Origin: a virus
Length of the DNA stretch: 64,000 nucleotides
Strand: one strand, 5' to 3'
IMG/VR virus record: IMGVR_UViG_3300032214_001462
Location: 1 to 64,000 of that record
Shown piece by piece: positions 34,266 to 43,717 of this stretch (position 1 is its first letter; each line of letters begins with the position of its first letter). The position numbers and the translations under genes are program-made. Below the pieces are notes generated by a model. It did not search any database and was not told the origin of the DNA. It was given only the letters and a program-made list of their open reading frames with translations.

Positions 34266-36545
34266 ATGTCTGACGCAAAGGCCCGCTTAAAGGAAATAAT
34301 CAATTCCTATCTCGACAAAGATAGTGACATTGTTGTTGACACAGGCGTTGTTGCGTCACATATTGCACAGATGAAATTATTTGGCATCCGTCAGGGTGTT
34401 GAATTTTTCCCTTCTCAAGACAACTTCGGTGCGCAGCGCAAGGATTTTCTTGATCGCGTATTGAAATACAACAAGATGGATACGCGCCTGGATTCTATCT
34501 GGGAGTATTTTCTTTGTGATGGTAAAGGGCTTTTCTATATTCGTCCCACTAAGCAAAGCTATCGTCTTTACTATTTTCGTGAACACGAATACAGAAGCTA
34601 TTACAACGTAGATGGTGAGCTCGACGAAGTTGTGATCATCTATAGCTATAAAGTGCGTCGTGGCAACGGGTTTGGTGATCAAATAAATGTCGCTAATTTA
34701 AGCGGCATGAAAAATAGTTACGGCCCAGGTGCTAAACGCTATATCCGTTTATCTATCAAGAATAGTCAAATCGAAGAGACTCATTCTGATAGTGACATGT
34801 CCTTCGACATGCCCAGTTATTCCTATGGAACTAACACCAAAAAATTCAAGAACACTTTAGGCTTCATTCCTTGTGTTGAGATCGTCAATAATCCACAAGG
34901 CTTTTCAACAGAAGGCAGTGGTGAATTTGATGCGATGGCAAATCATATTTGCACGCACGATGATTTGATGCGTACGATTCGTAAAAATATTAATTTCTTT
35001 GGTAACCCCACACTCCTTTCTTCCAGGCCTAAAACAGACTTGATGGAAGCAGGTGGGGATATGTCCATCCAGCGTCCTTCCATCGCGGCCAACTCAGGTT
35101 TCACAAGCGCTTCTCCCTTGAGCCGTTCCATGTTCAAGGCTGATCCCGTCAGTCGCGGCATGGATGGCCAGCTGCGAGTACCAAGGGTTATTGCAAACCT
35201 GGAGCCTAATGACCGAGTTGGTTACATTGTTCCCGATGCAATCACAGGCGACCAAAACTCTTTTGCTCGTCAGTATCGCGAAGAGATTCGCACTGCTCTT
35301 GGTGGTGTAGATGAACTTTCGATTTCAGCTGGTGTTACTGCGACTGAATATAAGTCTTTGTTTGGACGAGTATCTGCAACTTCAAAGAAAAAAGCAAATG
35401 CTATCTATACACATGGCATTTCTCGTTGCTTGGAATTGATCATTTACCAAGAAGAACAGCTATTTAAATCAACACTTGCAGCTGCTGCTGGCATCGAAAA
35501 GCCAGTAGATTTGGGACCTAACGCCCCTCCGGAAGAAGAGCAGGCCTATAAGCAAGCACTTGATCAATACAACGAAAAGATCAAGAGCATCATGATGGCC
35601 TGTATCGAAACACAGATGATTCCACCTGGAGTAATGGGACTTATTCCAGATGGAGACATCACTGTGCTTTGGCGCTGGATGGGCCCTGTTTATGAAGATT
35701 CCACTCAAGATATCTTGAATAACTCAATTGTGGTTAGGAATCTTCAAGAATTAGGTGTTGATAGCATTGAAGCACTGAAGTACCTCTTTCCGTCCAAAAC
35801 GGATGAGGAAAGAGCCGAGATGTTATCTGGGTTCCCGTTCAGGATGGTTAACGAATTGCAGGGTGCTTATTCTGCATTCGCTAAACTAGTGGGGGGAATG
35901 ATGCAGACTCCCCACCCGCAAGCACCGGATCTTCCGATGGCTGCGGATCCAAGATTGGATTTAACGCCATATCTGTATCGAACTTTAGAAGCTCTACAAA
36001 AGGAGATGAGTTATGCAGGACGCTACCGTCCAATCGATCCCACAGACGAGCCAAGTTCCGGCAGCGGTGGCTCCGAGCAGCTACGTGGCACCGGCACCCA
36101 GCAATTACCAGGCGGCTCCGGGTCCAGTGGCGTATCAAGTGGGTACCAACTACCCTCAAGCAGTTCCACAGGCGGTCCCCAATTACCAATCCGCCCCTAC
36201 TCAGTACGCCCCCCAATCCCCATCGGAGGCGACGAGCAGCCCATGGGAATCGGCGTTCAACAAGGTGGTGAATCTGCTGAGCGCACCAGTTCAATCCCCG
36301 TTCCAGGGTCAGTCCTCAGCGACGACGACTCAGTACGCCCCGGCGAACTACGGCCAGCAAGTAAACCCAGCTACGCAACAATCGGCTCAGCAGACCTGGT
36401 CTCCCAACCAGATCTCGTCGCCCAGCTCTTCCCAAACCTTCTCGGTTCAATCCTTGGGGGACGTGGCGGATCTGCTCCAGTGGAGTCCGGAGACGCGCCA
36501 CGTGGTAAGCGCGTACGGAGTAGAGGCTCCCGCAATCCTAAATAA
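34266..36545 (+). CDS. Portal protein (putative) with disordered C-terminal extension
   Basis: Position between TerL and scaffold; LGFIPCVEIVNN and GSGEFD portal-like segment. Confidence 0.7.
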   Translation: MSDAKARLKEIINSYLDKDSDIVVDTGVVASHIAQMKLFGIRQGVEFFPSQDNFGAQRKDFLDRVLKYNKMDTRLDSIWEYFLCDGKGLFYIRPTKQSYRLYYFREHEYRSYYNVDGELDEVVIIYSYKVRRGNGFGDQINVANLSGMKNSYGPGAKRYIRLSIKNSQIEETHSDSDMSFDMPSYSYGTNTKKFKNTLGFIPCVEIVNNPQGFSTEGSGEFDAMANHICTHDDLMRTIRKNINFFGNPTLLSSRPKTDLMEAGGDMSIQRPSIAANSGFTSASPLSRSMFKADPVSRGMDGQLRVPRVIANLEPNDRVGYIVPDAITGDQNSFARQYREEIRTALGGVDELSISAGVTATEYKSLFGRVSATSKKKANAIYTHGISRCLELIIYQEEQLFKSTLAAAAGIEKPVDLGPNAPPEEEQAYKQALDQYNEKIKSIMMACIETQMIPPGVMGLIPDGDITVLWRWMGPVYEDSTQDILNNSIVVRNLQELGVDSIEALKYLFPSKTDEERAEMLSGFPFRMVNELQGAYSAFAKLVGGMMQTPHPQAPDLPMAADPRLDLTPYLYRTLEALQKEMSYAGRYRPIDPTDEPSSGSGGSEQLRGTGTQQLPGGSGSSGVSSGYQLPSSSSTGGPQLPIRPYSVRPPIPIGGDEQPMGIGVQQGGESAERTSSIPVPGSVLSDDDSVRPGELRPASKPSYATIGSADLVSQPDLVAQLFPNLLGSILGGRGGSAPVESGDAPRGKRVRSRGSRNPK

Positions 36546-36969
36546 TTATGCTCTCCAGCTTGAGAATATGCTGGATAGCGCAGTTGCTTGGGGAAGCCAG
36601 GCCAAAGGTTTGATCGAAGGATACGCAACGTTTGCTGTTAACGAGCATTCCGAGAATCTTTCCTATAACGAGATTCTGACGAATCCTGATGTACTGAGCG
36701 ATTACACGCTTAAGTTCTTTGGTCCTGAAGGTCCTTATCCTGTTTACGAAAGTGAGCAGGAACTTGATAACTACGGTTATCGCACTGAGGCTGTTGATCC
36801 TTACATGGGTCAGTTCCCTGCCCCTCCTGTTGCTGAAGCACCTCAACAGCCTGAGAACTTCTGGGGTTCCTTCAAGCAGCAAATGGATCTCGATCCCGCT
36901 AACGCTTGGCGCCTTTTAAATCAGGCTCAACCTCAAGTTGTTGCTAACAAACTGTTAGTCATGGAGTGA
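36013..36969 (+). CDS. Capsid scaffolding protein (putative)
   Basis: AGGAG SD; P/Q/A-rich disordered N-terminus; located upstream of MCP. Confidence 0.6.
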   Translation: MQDATVQSIPQTSQVPAAVAPSSYVAPAPSNYQAAPGPVAYQVGTNYPQAVPQAVPNYQSAPTQYAPQSPSEATSSPWESAFNKVVNLLSAPVQSPFQGQSSATTTQYAPANYGQQVNPATQQSAQQTWSPNQISSPSSSQTFSVQSLGDVADLLQWSPETRHVVSAYGVEAPAILNNYALQLENMLDSAVAWGSQAKGLIEGYATFAVNEHSENLSYNEILTNPDVLSDYTLKFFGPEGPYPVYESEQELDNYGYRTEAVDPYMGQFPAPPVAEAPQQPENFWGSFKQQMDLDPANAWRLLNQAQPQVVANKLLVME

Positions 36970-36973
36970 TGCC

Positions 36974-37516
36974 ATGCGTGGCGCTCTTAAATACGGCGTA
37001 CCCATCGCTGCCGGCTTAGGCACTGGTGCGTACGCCCTTTCTCAAGGTGAAGATATTGGCTCTGCTGCTCTTGCGGCAGGTGCCGGTGCATTAGGCGGTG
37101 CAGGTGGTTTGCTTGCAGGTCGTTTGGCTGGCAAGTATTCCCCGCAGCTTCTTGAAGTGATTCAAGAAAAGGCAGTAGTTCCCGTTGGCAATATTGTCGG
37201 TGATATTGGCCGCAATATTCCACAGGGATCTACAAAGCGTGCTGGCGTCGTTGGTAAAGCAGCTGATATTCTTGCCGCCGCAGAAGGTGCTGCAATGAAT
37301 CCGGCCGCACAACGTACAGTCGGCAAAGCAGCTGCTGGCCTAGGTGTTCCACTTGGAGCATTAACTGCCGGACTTGGTGGAGTTGCTCTTGGAGCTATTC
37401 CAGGCTCATTGGGCGTACCTGGCTTTGTTCAGGATCCTTCCATTGATCCCGAGTCTTACGGCTCCAGCAACTCAATGGGTGCTCGCTATAAAGAGCCCAC
37501 TATGCAGTACATGTGA
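36974..37516 (+). CDS. Gly/Ala-rich membrane protein
   Basis: ORF track. Confidence 0.6.
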   Translation: MRGALKYGVPIAAGLGTGAYALSQGEDIGSAALAAGAGALGGAGGLLAGRLAGKYSPQLLEVIQEKAVVPVGNIVGDIGRNIPQGSTKRAGVVGKAADILAAAEGAAMNPAAQRTVGKAAAGLGVPLGALTAGLGGVALGAIPGSLGVPGFVQDPSIDPESYGSSNSMGARYKEPTMQYM

Positions 37517-37615
37517 ACATATAAGTTCACTACCTGCTAAAATTTGTGTTAGATAAGACACGTGTGTCTTTATCTTTCACCCGATAAAAACACTGACACT
37601 GGAGGATAAACCAAG

Positions 37616-39600
37616 GTGTTTATTGATAGCTAGTTCAGATCCTGGTAGGTATGACCCTTCAAGATTTGGTAAATAGCTCCGTGATTGCAATCAAATTTTT
37701 CGGCAATTTTTCTATAAGAAAGACCAGCCTCTTTTAAAGATTTGATTTGATTCACGTCACCCGAAGAAAACTTTCTCAAAGACTTCTTCGGTTTTCCTTT
37801 ACTGGCAAAGCCATTGTTTTTATAACAACCACTTTCCCAGGCTCTTGTTAAATTCTCTTGTTTGGTAACAATCTCAAGATTGTCAAGATAATTATTTCTC
37901 TTGTCATTATCTTTGTGATCAACTTGCAAGGAAAAGTTACTGGTTCCATGAGAACGCAGATCTAATCCTAAAAATGCAACTGCCATCAAGACATGAAGAT
38001 GAAAACGCTTTCTCTTCCCGTCAACAAGAACTGAGATGCGGTCGTAAACACTGGTTGAACTGATTGGAATCTCTAAAAAATATTCTTGATTATCGGGATC
38101 AAGTTGTTTTTCAAAAGCTTTTCCTTCTTCAGTTAAGTAAAGATTACCAAATCCTGGAACAAGTTTTGGATTCATGTTGTTCATAAACAAGTTTCCAAAT
38201 AGTAACATGCCTCAACTGAACGCTCAACGTTGTCACCTCACCGAGCAATCGATGAGTGCAAACCGGATGAATTCAGGGAAGCCCTAACGTAAAGACGAGG
38301 GTAATCCTGAGCCAAGCCAATCAAGCGTGATTGGAAGGTGCAGAGACTAGGCGGCTGGTGACGCTTCACCTGTAATACGCCATTAGCGTCCGGCATCCCA
38401 CAGGGATGAAGAGATAGTCCACCCCTCTAAGAAACTAGAGACCAGGAGAACGATTTTCCAAAAATCTTGGGTGCGGAACTTTATCGCCCCCACCCTGCTT
38501 ACATCGCAGAAATGGCAGTCGAGCCTGTGGTCGTTCACGACTTCACTCGTCAGCCCGGTCAAACTGTTCAGTTAGATCGCTATAAGTTCTGGGGTACCCC
38601 TGGTACTAAGGACAGCCGTGAGCGTATTGCCGATCAAACCATCGGTACCGCTAACAGCCGCAACATCACGAAGGAGAAAGTCCTTGTGGTGCTGAAGGAG
38701 TACACTGGCCCTGCAGACCCGGGTGATCCGACTCAGCCTTCTACCTTCAAGATTGCACGTGAAACTCTGATTACCGCCCAGCGTCTTCTGCTGGACACCG
38801 GTAACCTGAATATGTTCCACCAGTCGATCGGTAGCCTGACGCTGCTTGACGACTATCGCCGTTGGCGTGATCGCGTGTTCATTGATGAACTCGCCAAAGC
38901 AGAAGCCAATGGTGCTGCCTCTACTACCCAAGGCGGTTACTACTTCCCTGGTGCTAAGACCAAGAACGCTTCTGGTCAGATCACCTATACCTCTGATGAG
39001 TACACCGCAGAAACTCAGCAGTTCCAAGTGCGCACCGATCTTCTGACTGTGGTCAAGGATCTCCGTAAGCGCAACACTCCTACCTTCGCTGATGGTCTGT
39101 ATCGCTGTATTTGCGATCCAACCTTCATGATGCACCTGCGTCGTGATCCTGACTTCCGCGAAATCGCACGTTACTCCGGTAACCCTGGCCAAGGCATGTA
39201 CATGGGCAACCCCATGATGCCTAACAACGCCAGCTTCTACATGGGTCCCCAGGCTGGTCAAGGTTACTTCCTGGCTGGCGAACCTGTAATGCCTACTGGC
39301 GTGCAGTTCGAAGGTGTTAAGTTCTTCGAGTCGACCAACTTCCCGACCAAGAACGTCAGCGCTTCGTTCAACAACGGTTCTACCTACACCTCCCAGGAAG
39401 TTGCACAAGGCTACTTCTTTGGTCCTCAGTCCATCGGTGTTGGCATCGGCGGCCCTAATGCCCAGGTGCTCATCAACAACAACGATGACTTCAGCCGTTT
39501 CATCATCCTGATCTGGCAACTGTATGCAGGCTTCGAGATCCTGAACAAGGACTTCGTGACCACCGCATTCAGCTTCGTTCAAGACGACGGCAACATCTGA
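37616..39600 (+). CDS. Major capsid protein, spliced (exon 1 37616-37627, exon 2 38449-39600; about 387 aa)
   Basis: GGAGG at 37601; GTG-TTT-ATT-GAT joins in frame to AAC-GAT-TTT-CCA-AAA-ATC-TTG giving MFIDNDFPKILGAELYRPHP; strongly biased codons; position after scaffold. Confidence 0.85.
37628..38448 (+). mobile_element. Group I self-splicing intron (821 nt)
   Basis: 5' exon ends in U; intron ends in G; IGS CGUU-G-UCA at 38228-35; P3 CCGGAUG/CGUCCGG; P AAUUCAGGGAA, Q AAUCCUGAGC, R CAGAGACUA, S AAGAGAUAGUCC. Confidence 0.92.
37630..38184 (-). CDS. HNH homing endonuclease, antisense inside the intron
   Basis: HVLMAVAF...VDHKDNDKRNNYLDNLE...EN plus C-terminal HTH; extended -10 TGtTACTAT about 15 nt upstream. 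Confidence 0.88.
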   Translation of the reverse strand: MNNMNPKLVPGFGNLYLTEEGKAFEKQLDPDNQEYFLEIPISSTSVYDRISVLVDGKRKRFHLHVLMAVAFLGLDLRSHGTSNFSLQVDHKDNDKRNNYLDNLEIVTKQENLTRAWESGCYKNNGFASKGKPKKSLRKFSSGDVNQIKSLKEAGLSYRKIAEKFDCNHGAIYQILKGHTYQDLN

Positions 39601-39636
39601 TAACTATTAATAGTTCCAAAACATAAGGAAAGATAA

Positions 39637-40428
39637 ATGACCTATTTGTCCTCTAAGAAGATCTATCCAGGTAACTGGGCAGAGCCTCTGAATGGTTGGT
39701 ACAAGAATATTGATACCAACTATGATTCCACTAACAATGGTTCCAAGGGCGGCCCCACTTCTGTGCTGGCTGTCCCTGGCTATCGTTACTTCCAGCAGCG
39801 TGGTTACGTAGCTGTTACCACCGCCTCTGGCGCAGGTGCAGTTGCTTCTGGCAGCGTGATCGTTCCTTCCCCTTATCGGAATGACGACACTCGTACTGAT
39901 ATCACCGGCATGGTGATCTCTGGCAGCACCACCCTGCCTGCCTATGTGTATCGCGCAGCAGTTTCTGTCGCTTCTGGTTGGGGCGACGGCCGTGTTGCTT
40001 CTGGTATCTACGCTGCTACCGGCAACGTGATCACCTTTGGTCCTGGCCTCACCTCCACCGGCAACGCTGGTGAAGCTGTGGCACAAGCCAACCTGACCTC
40101 CACTACTTCTGGTTCTCAGCCTGGTGAAATCTTATTCACCGCTGGTACCGCCGCCTATAGCGCTAACGCTTTCCTCACCGCTACTGGTGCTGCTGGTGTA
40201 AGCGTCAATAAGGTTTACAAGGAAGTCACTACGGCTACTACCTATACCGTCCAGGCTCGTGAGTCGCAAACCGCTACCTCCACCTCTGGTGGCTGGTACA
40301 TCTCCAGCGGTGATGCAACTGCCGGCCGTATTGGTTACTTTGTGGTTGAAGTGTGCTACATCCAACCTGATGAAGCACCTGGCTACGAAGATATCGATGG
40401 CTATCTTCTTGGCCGCACTGTTAGCTGA
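39637..40428 (+). CDS. Minor capsid/decoration-like structural protein
   Basis: Directly after MCP; highly expressed codon bias; T/S/G-rich. Confidence 0.6.
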   Translation: MTYLSSKKIYPGNWAEPLNGWYKNIDTNYDSTNNGSKGGPTSVLAVPGYRYFQQRGYVAVTTASGAGAVASGSVIVPSPYRNDDTRTDITGMVISGSTTLPAYVYRAAVSVASGWGDGRVASGIYAATGNVITFGPGLTSTGNAGEAVAQANLTSTTSGSQPGEILFTAGTAAYSANAFLTATGAAGVSVNKVYKEVTTATTYTVQARESQTATSTSGGWYISSGDATAGRIGYFVVEVCYIQPDEAPGYEDIDGYLLGRTVS

Positions 40429-40463
40429 ATAAGTTAAACTAGGACCAGACAACATCTGGTTCT

Positions 40464-40892
40464 ATGACATTTACTCCAGCAATGCTTTATCAGCATAAAA
40501 AAACCGGCGCAAGAGTAAAGGTTGTAAGCGAATGGGATAATGGCGATTGGTTCATGGTCGAAGATCAGGACGGTCGCCTTTACACCGCTTATAAAACCGA
40601 GCTTTGCCCTGATGAAGCTGCTACTAAAACAGTAAAAACTCTTCAGGTAAAAGATAAAGCAGCCAAAGAAGAGCCCCGTACTTTTCCCCCGGACCATCGT
40701 TTAAATATCAATTCAGCTACCGCACAAATGATCGCTGATCATATTAAAGGTATTGGATTGAAGACAGCCCGAGAGATTAAAGATCTTCAGATGTCCTTAT
40801 CGGGTGAAAGGTTCAACAATCTCGAACAGTTAAAACAGATTAAACGTGTGGATTGGGAAGCGGTTCTAGCGGCTGACCTTATCCGAGTTTGA
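40464..40892 (+). CDS. Helix-hairpin-helix (ComEA-like) domain protein
   Basis: LNINSATAQ...IKGIGLKTAREI...FNNLEQLKQI. Confidence 0.7.
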   Translation: MTFTPAMLYQHKKTGARVKVVSEWDNGDWFMVEDQDGRLYTAYKTELCPDEAATKTVKTLQVKDKAAKEEPRTFPPDHRLNINSATAQMIADHIKGIGLKTAREIKDLQMSLSGERFNNLEQLKQIKRVDWEAVLAADLIRV

Positions 40893-40908
40893 TAGATAAC
40901 ATAAATAC

Positions 40909-40933
40909 ACCCCTGGGAAACCAGGGGTTTTTT
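40909..40933 (+). terminator. Rho-independent terminator of the capsid operon
   Basis: ACCCCTGG-gaaa-CCAGGGGT followed by a T-run. Confidence 0.85.
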
Positions 40934-40961
40934 AGTCCTAAAATTAAAAATAAAACATAAG

Positions 40962-41600
40962 ATGGCGGAAAGATCTATTGTTGATGTGGGCAAATACCTA
41001 CAACGCGTTGGTTTGCGTGTAGGAGAAAACCCTGCGTTTGGTGGTGTAGGTGGCGGCCATTCCCCCACTGGCTACCACCCAAAAGGCATGGCAATCGACG
41101 TGACGGACTGGCGTCCTGATGTCGCACCAGCATATGCAGGAGGTAAAGCAATTCCCTGGCAACAACGCACAGGTGAATTGAGCTGGCGTGCAAAGCAGTT
41201 AGGACTGTTCAATGAAGCTTTAGGGCCTGGCGACCCAGGTCACCCTACACACGTACACCTGGCACTAGGGGGCAAAAAATTTATTACAGACCCACAGCTC
41301 GAATGGCTCGCCACCGGACGCTATAAAACTCCTGATGGCAAATTGACTGATGTCATGCCGACTGCAAGCATGCCCATGGGTGGTATGGTAGCCAATAATA
41401 TGCAGCAAGATATTGTTCAGCCAGAGGTAAAGAAAGATGCAGATAAATTCTTGAATGATTACATGAATGAGTATGCGCAATCTGCGATTATTGCAAGTGC
41501 ATTAAGCCCTTCGTCGCCAGCGGCAAATCCAATGGCCCAGTTCCAGCAGATGTATCAGCAGATGGCACAAACAAATATTCCAAATCCATTGCTTGGTTGA
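40962..41600 (+). CDS. Zn-dependent D,D-peptidase-like (M15 fold) virion protein
   Basis: YHPKGMAID (H-x6-D) and HPTHVH motifs. Confidence 0.6.
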   Translation: MAERSIVDVGKYLQRVGLRVGENPAFGGVGGGHSPTGYHPKGMAIDVTDWRPDVAPAYAGGKAIPWQQRTGELSWRAKQLGLFNEALGPGDPGHPTHVHLALGGKKFITDPQLEWLATGRYKTPDGKLTDVMPTASMPMGGMVANNMQQDIVQPEVKKDADKFLNDYMNEYAQSAIIASALSPSSPAANPMAQFQQMYQQMAQTNIPNPLLG

Positions 41601-41635
41601 GTTCATTTATAATGAAAAACATACGGAAATAAGCT

Positions 41636-42097
41636 GTGCAACTCAGCGACTTTGATAAAAGTAGAGTCCGGTATCACCTGGGCTACTTCACGGTTTCCGT
41701 GCCGGCAGGTGATTACGCTCGTCTTGAAGAGAGTATGAATACCATTCCGGATTCATACTTCTACGACAAGATCTCTATTCAGATTGGTCGCTGTGACACT
41801 GCTGAAAAGAAGACAGAGGTTGCTACCTCTCCTTCTACTCGGCTAGAAAGCATCGCTGGTGATGTCGACCGTACGATCCGGTCTAGCAACGCCAAAGAAG
41901 CTCTCAAGGTTTGGGATGAGATTTATCTCTACGAAACCAACCGTCTGGCTCAAATCCTTTACGTTCCCAACTATAAGGATCCTTTCCAAGCTCGTTATCG
42001 TTACGAGCGTTCAGGCGCTGAGTTTATTCAGGCGCTTCCAGGACCCGCTGATGTTTCAGTGGGCACACGCATTTATCTGAATATTAATTGGAGGTAG
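41636..42097 (+). CDS. Putative head-tail connector
   Basis: DKSRVRYHLGY N-terminus; position. Confidence 0.5.
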   Translation: MQLSDFDKSRVRYHLGYFTVSVPAGDYARLEESMNTIPDSYFYDKISIQIGRCDTAEKKTEVATSPSTRLESIAGDVDRTIRSSNAKEALKVWDEIYLYETNRLAQILYVPNYKDPFQARYRYERSGAEFIQALPGPADVSVGTRIYLNINWR

Positions 42098-42099
42098 TT

Positions 42100-42816
42100 A
42101 TGCCAACAGGACCCTTTTCTCGTCAGACTTGGCAAACAATTGAGGCGCTGCCCGGCAGACTGCTGGGTGGTCTTGGAAGGCTAGGTAATTATCTCGGTTC
42201 AGAAAGAGCTGCTCAAGACTATGCCAACATGCTATCTGGCACCAGACCAGCCAATGCCGCAGGCTTACCGAAACGAGGTGTGCCCTTAACTCCAGCAGAG
42301 CGGCAATCTCAGATGAATGCAATCAGAGCTTTTGAAGCTGCTCCAGGTATGCAAACAGGAGTTTCCTACGCCATGGGCTCTGGTTCGCCTGCCGTAGAAC
42401 GTGCCTACCAACAAGAAAAAGCACGTGTTGCACAGATGACGGCACAGGATCCCGAGCTTCAGCGTTATGAAAAAGCCCGTATTGGAGCTAAGACACAAGA
42501 TGAAATGAACGCAGCACGTGATATTGGCATGGAGATTTGGGCTAAAGCAAATCCTCAATTAGCCGCAAAAGTAAGTGCTGGTCAGTCAGGCTACGACACT
42601 ATTCAAGGTGTGTTAGCTGGGCAAGCTGTTAATCAAGGCTATGGTTATCAGATGCCGCAGCAAATTATCGGCACACCAGCTATGGGGATGAATGCCCCAC
42701 AAGGACTCCCAGCTGTGCAGTCAATGGGAGCGGCAGATACCTATGGACCACAAGGCATCGAATTTGATCCGGAAATGGTGAACAAGTTCCAGGCCTTACT
42801 GAACCTTAAAAAATAA
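42100..42816 (+). CDS. Hypothetical protein
   Basis: GGAGG SD; ORF track. Confidence 0.65.
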   Translation: MPTGPFSRQTWQTIEALPGRLLGGLGRLGNYLGSERAAQDYANMLSGTRPANAAGLPKRGVPLTPAERQSQMNAIRAFEAAPGMQTGVSYAMGSGSPAVERAYQQEKARVAQMTAQDPELQRYEKARIGAKTQDEMNAARDIGMEIWAKANPQLAAKVSAGQSGYDTIQGVLAGQAVNQGYGYQMPQQIIGTPAMGMNAPQGLPAVQSMGAADTYGPQGIEFDPEMVNKFQALLNLKK

Positions 42817-42821
42817 ATACC

Positions 42822-42848
42822 TTGGCGTTGCTGAGCATGTAAGTCCAA
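42822..42848 (+). ncRNA. Bulged-stem motif B, copy 5 (late arm)
   Basis: UUGG-CGUUGCUGAGCAUG-UAAGU-CCAA. Confidence 0.5.
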
Positions 42849-42903
42849 CCAACTGGATACGAATCTTTTGATTCATGGAGGCCAGTGTAGTTGCTTTAAA
42901 CCA

Positions 42904-43020
42904 ATGATTCTCTGCCCTAAGTACGTCAAGCGAACTCTGCTGTCTTTGTCGACACTCCTCGCATTACAAACAGTCTTCGTTCCTGGTCTTAGGGCAAGTT
43001 CAAATTGGGTAGGAGAATAA
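42904..43020 (+). CDS. Small hydrophobic peptide (38 aa)
   Basis: Manual translation MILCPKYVKRTLLSLSTLLALQTVFVPGLRASSNWVGE. Confidence 0.45.
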   Translation: MILCPKYVKRTLLSLSTLLALQTVFVPGLRASSNWVGE

Positions 43021-43033
43021 AGAGAATAAAGAA

Positions 43034-43684
43034 ATGTCTCTAAATCCAAATGCTATCGCTGTAGCAAAACGCTTACAGGGCCTTGGTTTATCCACTGCAC
43101 AAATTGCCGGTGTTCTTGGTAATTTTCAGTTGGAATCAGGGTTCAATCCACGCATCAATGAAGGCGGTAAAGTAGGCGCTCCTGCAGGCGCAGGTGGCTT
43201 TGGATTGGCACAATGGACGGGAGGCAGACAGAATGCACTCGTTAATTTTGCTAAGAAAAAAAAGCTTGATCCCGGCTCCATAGAAGCCCAAGCTGACTTC
43301 TTGGCTTATGAATTGCAGGGCCCTGAGAAACGTGCATTTGAATCCCTGAAAGGAGCTGTGTCTCCAGAGGAATCGGCAAGGCGTTTCTTGGTTGATTTTG
43401 AACGTGCTGGTGTTCCCAAAACGGATCAACGCCAGAAAGCAGCACGTTCTATTTACGAAAAGCTTGGGCAATTAGACCTTAATGCACAAGGTCAACAGCA
43501 GCAAAATCCACCCGCTGGGGCCGCACAAAAACCACAGAACACGCAACTTGCTGGCGAAAAAGACCCCGTTCTTTTGATGATGGCACAACAGTTGGCTGCA
43601 CCATTGATACAATCTTTGGTTCAGCCACAGCAAGCATCTCCGTTCAGTAAGTTCATGAACATATTTGGAATGGTGGGCCAATAA
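43034..43684 (+). CDS. Phage tail lysozyme (Phage_lysozyme2-like)
   Basis: AGVLGNFQLESGFNP...GFGLAQWTGGR...FER. Confidence 0.85.
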   Translation: MSLNPNAIAVAKRLQGLGLSTAQIAGVLGNFQLESGFNPRINEGGKVGAPAGAGGFGLAQWTGGRQNALVNFAKKKKLDPGSIEAQADFLAYELQGPEKRAFESLKGAVSPEESARRFLVDFERAGVPKTDQRQKAARSIYEKLGQLDLNAQGQQQQNPPAGAAQKPQNTQLAGEKDPVLLMMAQQLAAPLIQSLVQPQQASPFSKFMNIFGMVGQ

Positions 43685-43717
43685 GTTCTATAATGTAAAC
43701 AAATAGGAAGTAGAAAA

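Noticed and set aside
38175-38188. Alternative internal guide sequence GUUCAUAAAC pairing with exon 1
   Set aside because: The 38228-38235 IGS is directly adjacent to P2/P3 and gives a perfect P10; this one may be coincidental or an alternative fold
38467-38469. TTG as the start of the capsid protein
   Set aside because: The spliced model has a GGAGG SD, canonical splice sites and an in-frame join
38572-39582. 336-aa ORF antisense to the major capsid gene
   Set aside because: Shadow frame produced by the strong codon bias of MCP; no motifs or RBS
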